NCBI GenBank assembly: GCA_030704615.1
Contig: JAKLZA010000110.1
Location: forward strand, 1 to 21,942
Length of the DNA stretch: 21,942 nucleotides
From: Takakia lepidozioides
Lineage: Eukaryota > Plantae > Bryophyta
Direction: 5' to 3'
This document shows positions 19,345 through 21,942 of the stretch, in pieces; position 1 is the first letter of the stretch, and every line of letters starts with the position of its first letter. A program made the translations under genes and the position numbers. The notes under the pieces are model-generated. The model saw nothing but the letters and a program-made list of their open reading frames with translations. It did not search any database and was not told the origin of the DNA.

Positions 19345-21942
19345 TCAACGCTTCTTCCGCTTTTGAGGTCGCCCTTCGAAAGCTGCAACCACCTCGGATG
19401 CGTTTCCCATTTCTGAGGCACGCACCCAAGATGCCTCCACATGATGATAGCCCTTCCATTTGACGAGATACTCAGTTTCTCGGTTCTTGAACCTCCTCGA
19501 CTTAAGTATTGCCTCCACCTCGTACTCAGGTTCATTTTCATGATCCAACAACATAGGTGGCGGACGCAACACTTGATGCCGATTCGGACGCACTTCATCT
19601 TTGAAGTAAGGCTTCAAAAGGGAGACATGGAATACTGGGTGCACCTTGCTGTTTGCCGGCAGCTCCAATTCATACACATCCTCATTCATAACCTTCCGAA
19701 TGCGAAAGGGTCCCGCATACGGAGGTACGAACTTCGGACTCACTTCCGGAGGTAGTCGGAAATTCTTGATGTTCAACCAGACCTCTGTGCCTGCCTCAAA
19801 CTTCACTTCCCTCCGCTTCCAATTCGCCTGCCTTTCGTACCGTTTCCTAGCTTTGGCAATGTTGTACTTTGCGAGCTTCAACAAACGCTCGCATTCATCC
19901 AGTACCACCGCTACTGTCGGTTCCTCAACGTCCTGGGCGGCCCAACTTGTCGGCACCAGAGGTGCTTTTCCATAGACCAATACGAAAGGGGAAACTCCCG
20001 TTGCGGAGTGTTCTGTGTTATTATAACAGAACTCTGCCGCGTCTAAGTGTTCCACCCAGTCTGTTTGGTCTGCCGACACGTAATTCCGCAAGATCTGCTT
20101 CACTACGGAATTCACTCTTTCTGTTTGGCCGTCGGTCGTAGGTCGGAAGGCGGTGCTCATCTTCAGTCTCGTCCCCATCTTCTTCCAAAGTGCCCTCCAA
20201 AATATACTCGTAAACTTTGGATCGCGGTCCGAGACAATATCCTTCGGGACTCCATGATGCTTTAAGACGTGGGCGAAGTAAAGTCGTCCTGTCTCCTGCG
20301 CCGTTGCCATCTCTTGGTGGGGATGAAATGGCCCATTTTACTGAACCTATCCACCACCACCATGATTGCATCGAATCCTTTTGACAGCGGCATAGCAGTC
20401 ATGAAATCCATCGAGACGCTTTCCCAAGTCCCCTCTGGAATCGGCAAGGGTTGTAACAGCCCCGCTTGCTTTTTGTACTCGCTCCGGTTTTGTTGGCATG
20501 TGGTGCATGTCTTGACATACTCCTCTGCCTCATCCCTCAGTTTGGGCCAGAAATACTCTTTCTTCAAGAGTGCCGCAGTGCGCTTGGCTCCGCTGTGGCC
20601 CGCAAGCGGGCTATCATGGCATTCTCTCAAGAGGCTATCTCTGATCCCTCCCTTTCGGCACGTAGAGACGCTTTTGCTTATACCGGAGCAGTCCATTTTG
20701 CAAGTGGAACTACGATTTAACCCCCATCCTCAAGTCCTGCATCACGGACTTCGCCAGCTCATCCTTCCGGCAAGCCTTCCGGATCTTCCTTTGGAGCGTC
20801 GTCTCGCCCTTGTACACCAAAAGAGCTGCTGCTTTCTACTTAAAGCATCGGCCACCCCGTTGTCTCGCCCCGGTTTGTACTGGATATCCACGTCGAACAC
20901 TCGCCAAAGTATCTTGCCACCTAAGTTGTTTTGGGGACAACTTGGGCTGCGTGGCAATACTTCACCGTGACATTGTCCGTGAACACCTTCACTGGGTTGG
21001 AACCAACATAGTGGCGCCAAAGCTCAAGACAGTGCACCACCGCCTTCATCTCTTTCTCGTGCGTCGGCCACCGTCGCTCCACCCTTCATTCAGTTTCTTA
21101 CTTTCGTAAGCCACTGGATCGTCCATGCTTGCATCAGTACACCCCCAATCGCAACGTCCGACGTCATCTGTATGAATCTCAAATGGACGATCGAACTCCG
21201 GGATTTTCAAGACTGGAGCTTCCGCCAATCCGCTGCTTCAATTCAGCAAAAGCTTGGCTACAAAATGTGTTCCATACCCAGACTTTGGATTTACACAGAA
21301 GGTCCGACGCGGCCGGCCCCGCGATTTTGGAGAAATTTCTCACATACTTCCGGTAGATGATAAGAAGGCGAGTCCTAGGAAGGATCGCACTCCTCTCCCG
21401 GACGGAAGTCGGAGGCTCCCAGTCCAAGATCGCCCTCACCTTTCTGTCATCCATTTTTGATCCCATCCTGTGTAATCACATGCCCAAGAACTCCACTTTC
21501 GTGACCCGAATTTGCACTTTGAAGCTTTGGCGTACAGCTTCATTCCCGCAACTTTTGGAACACCTTTTTGAGGTGCTCCAGGTGCTCCTCCTTTGTTTTC
21601 GAGTACACCAAGATGTCGTCGATGTACACGATCACAAAGTCATCCAACCACTCCTGAAAAAGGTTGTTCATCAGCGTGCTAAAGGTCGCAGGTGCATTGG
21701 TGAGCCCAAAAGGCATCACCAAGAACTCATATGAACCATACCTTGTCCTGCACGCGGTCTTCTCCTCATCTCCTTCGCCACCCGAATTTGATGATAGCCG
21801 GAGCGCAAGTCGATCCGGCTGAAATACTTCGCTCTTGCCAACCGGTCGAAAAGTCCGTCGGATCCTTGGCAAAGGGTACCTGTTTTTAATAGTCACCTTA
21901 TTCAAAGCCCTGTAATCGACACACATCCGCAGCGTCCCATCC
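19345..21942 (-). pseudogene. pol: Gypsy pol (partial, frameshifted): RT, RNase H, integrase with GPY/F motif, chromodomain
   Basis: RT: [33 protein letters not shown] (21615-21626). RNase H: FEIHTD, PVAYESKKL, VADALSR. Integrase: HDSPLAGH...CTTC, SMDFM, VVVDRFSK, IVSDRD, TDGQTERVN, PPYAGPF. Chromodomain EYEVEAILKSR...EYLVKWKGY...ASWV (~19377-19527). Confidence 0.95.

Larger units (their letters stand above)
18868..21942 (-). mobile_element. Ty3/Gypsy chromovirus LTR retrotransposon, 3' portion (possibly Tcn1-like)
   Basis: RT-RNaseH-integrase-chromodomain on the minus strand, followed by a PPT and an LTR-like segment. The clade assignment is inference from the classical chromodomain and the apparent host group. 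Confidence 0.9.

Noticed and set aside
1-21942. tRNA, rRNA, primer-binding sites or gag genes
   Set aside because: None recognised; the 5' halves of both retrotransposons lie outside the window.

Overview
Eukaryotic, transposon-nested DNA with spliceosomal introns, most consistent with a non-seed land plant (moss/lycophyte/fern-like; host assignment is inference). Left (1-3363): 3' half of a frameshifted Ty3/Gypsy LTR retrotransposon whose integrase ends in a PHD finger, inserted into an older related integrase. Right (~18868-21942, minus): 3' half of a chromodomain-bearing Ty3/Gypsy chromovirus. Centre (4263-17888, 13,626 bp): a Mutator-like DNA transposon (MULE) with both ends present, a perfect 9-bp target-site duplication (GGAATTCCC) and short imperfect TIRs. 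It carries two head-to-head genes. One is a GCM/WRKY-like + DDE + SWIM transposase (minus). The other is a large multi-exon accessory gene (plus) encoding a ParB/Sulfiredoxin-like domain fused to a beta-class N6A/N4C-type DNA methyltransferase fold. Three separate tandem arrays inside the element (left subterminal, between the genes, and inside an intron of the accessory gene) have different unit lengths but share one palindromic core, GAAATTCGGCGCC(G/A). The best candidate for a new system is a transposon that carries its own DNA-marking enzyme and amplified target sites, functionally analogous to VANDAL/VANC anti-silencing. That function is a hypothesis, not something the sequence proves. 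Coding regions contain several single-base frameshifts, many at homopolymers, so decay cannot be separated from assembly error here.
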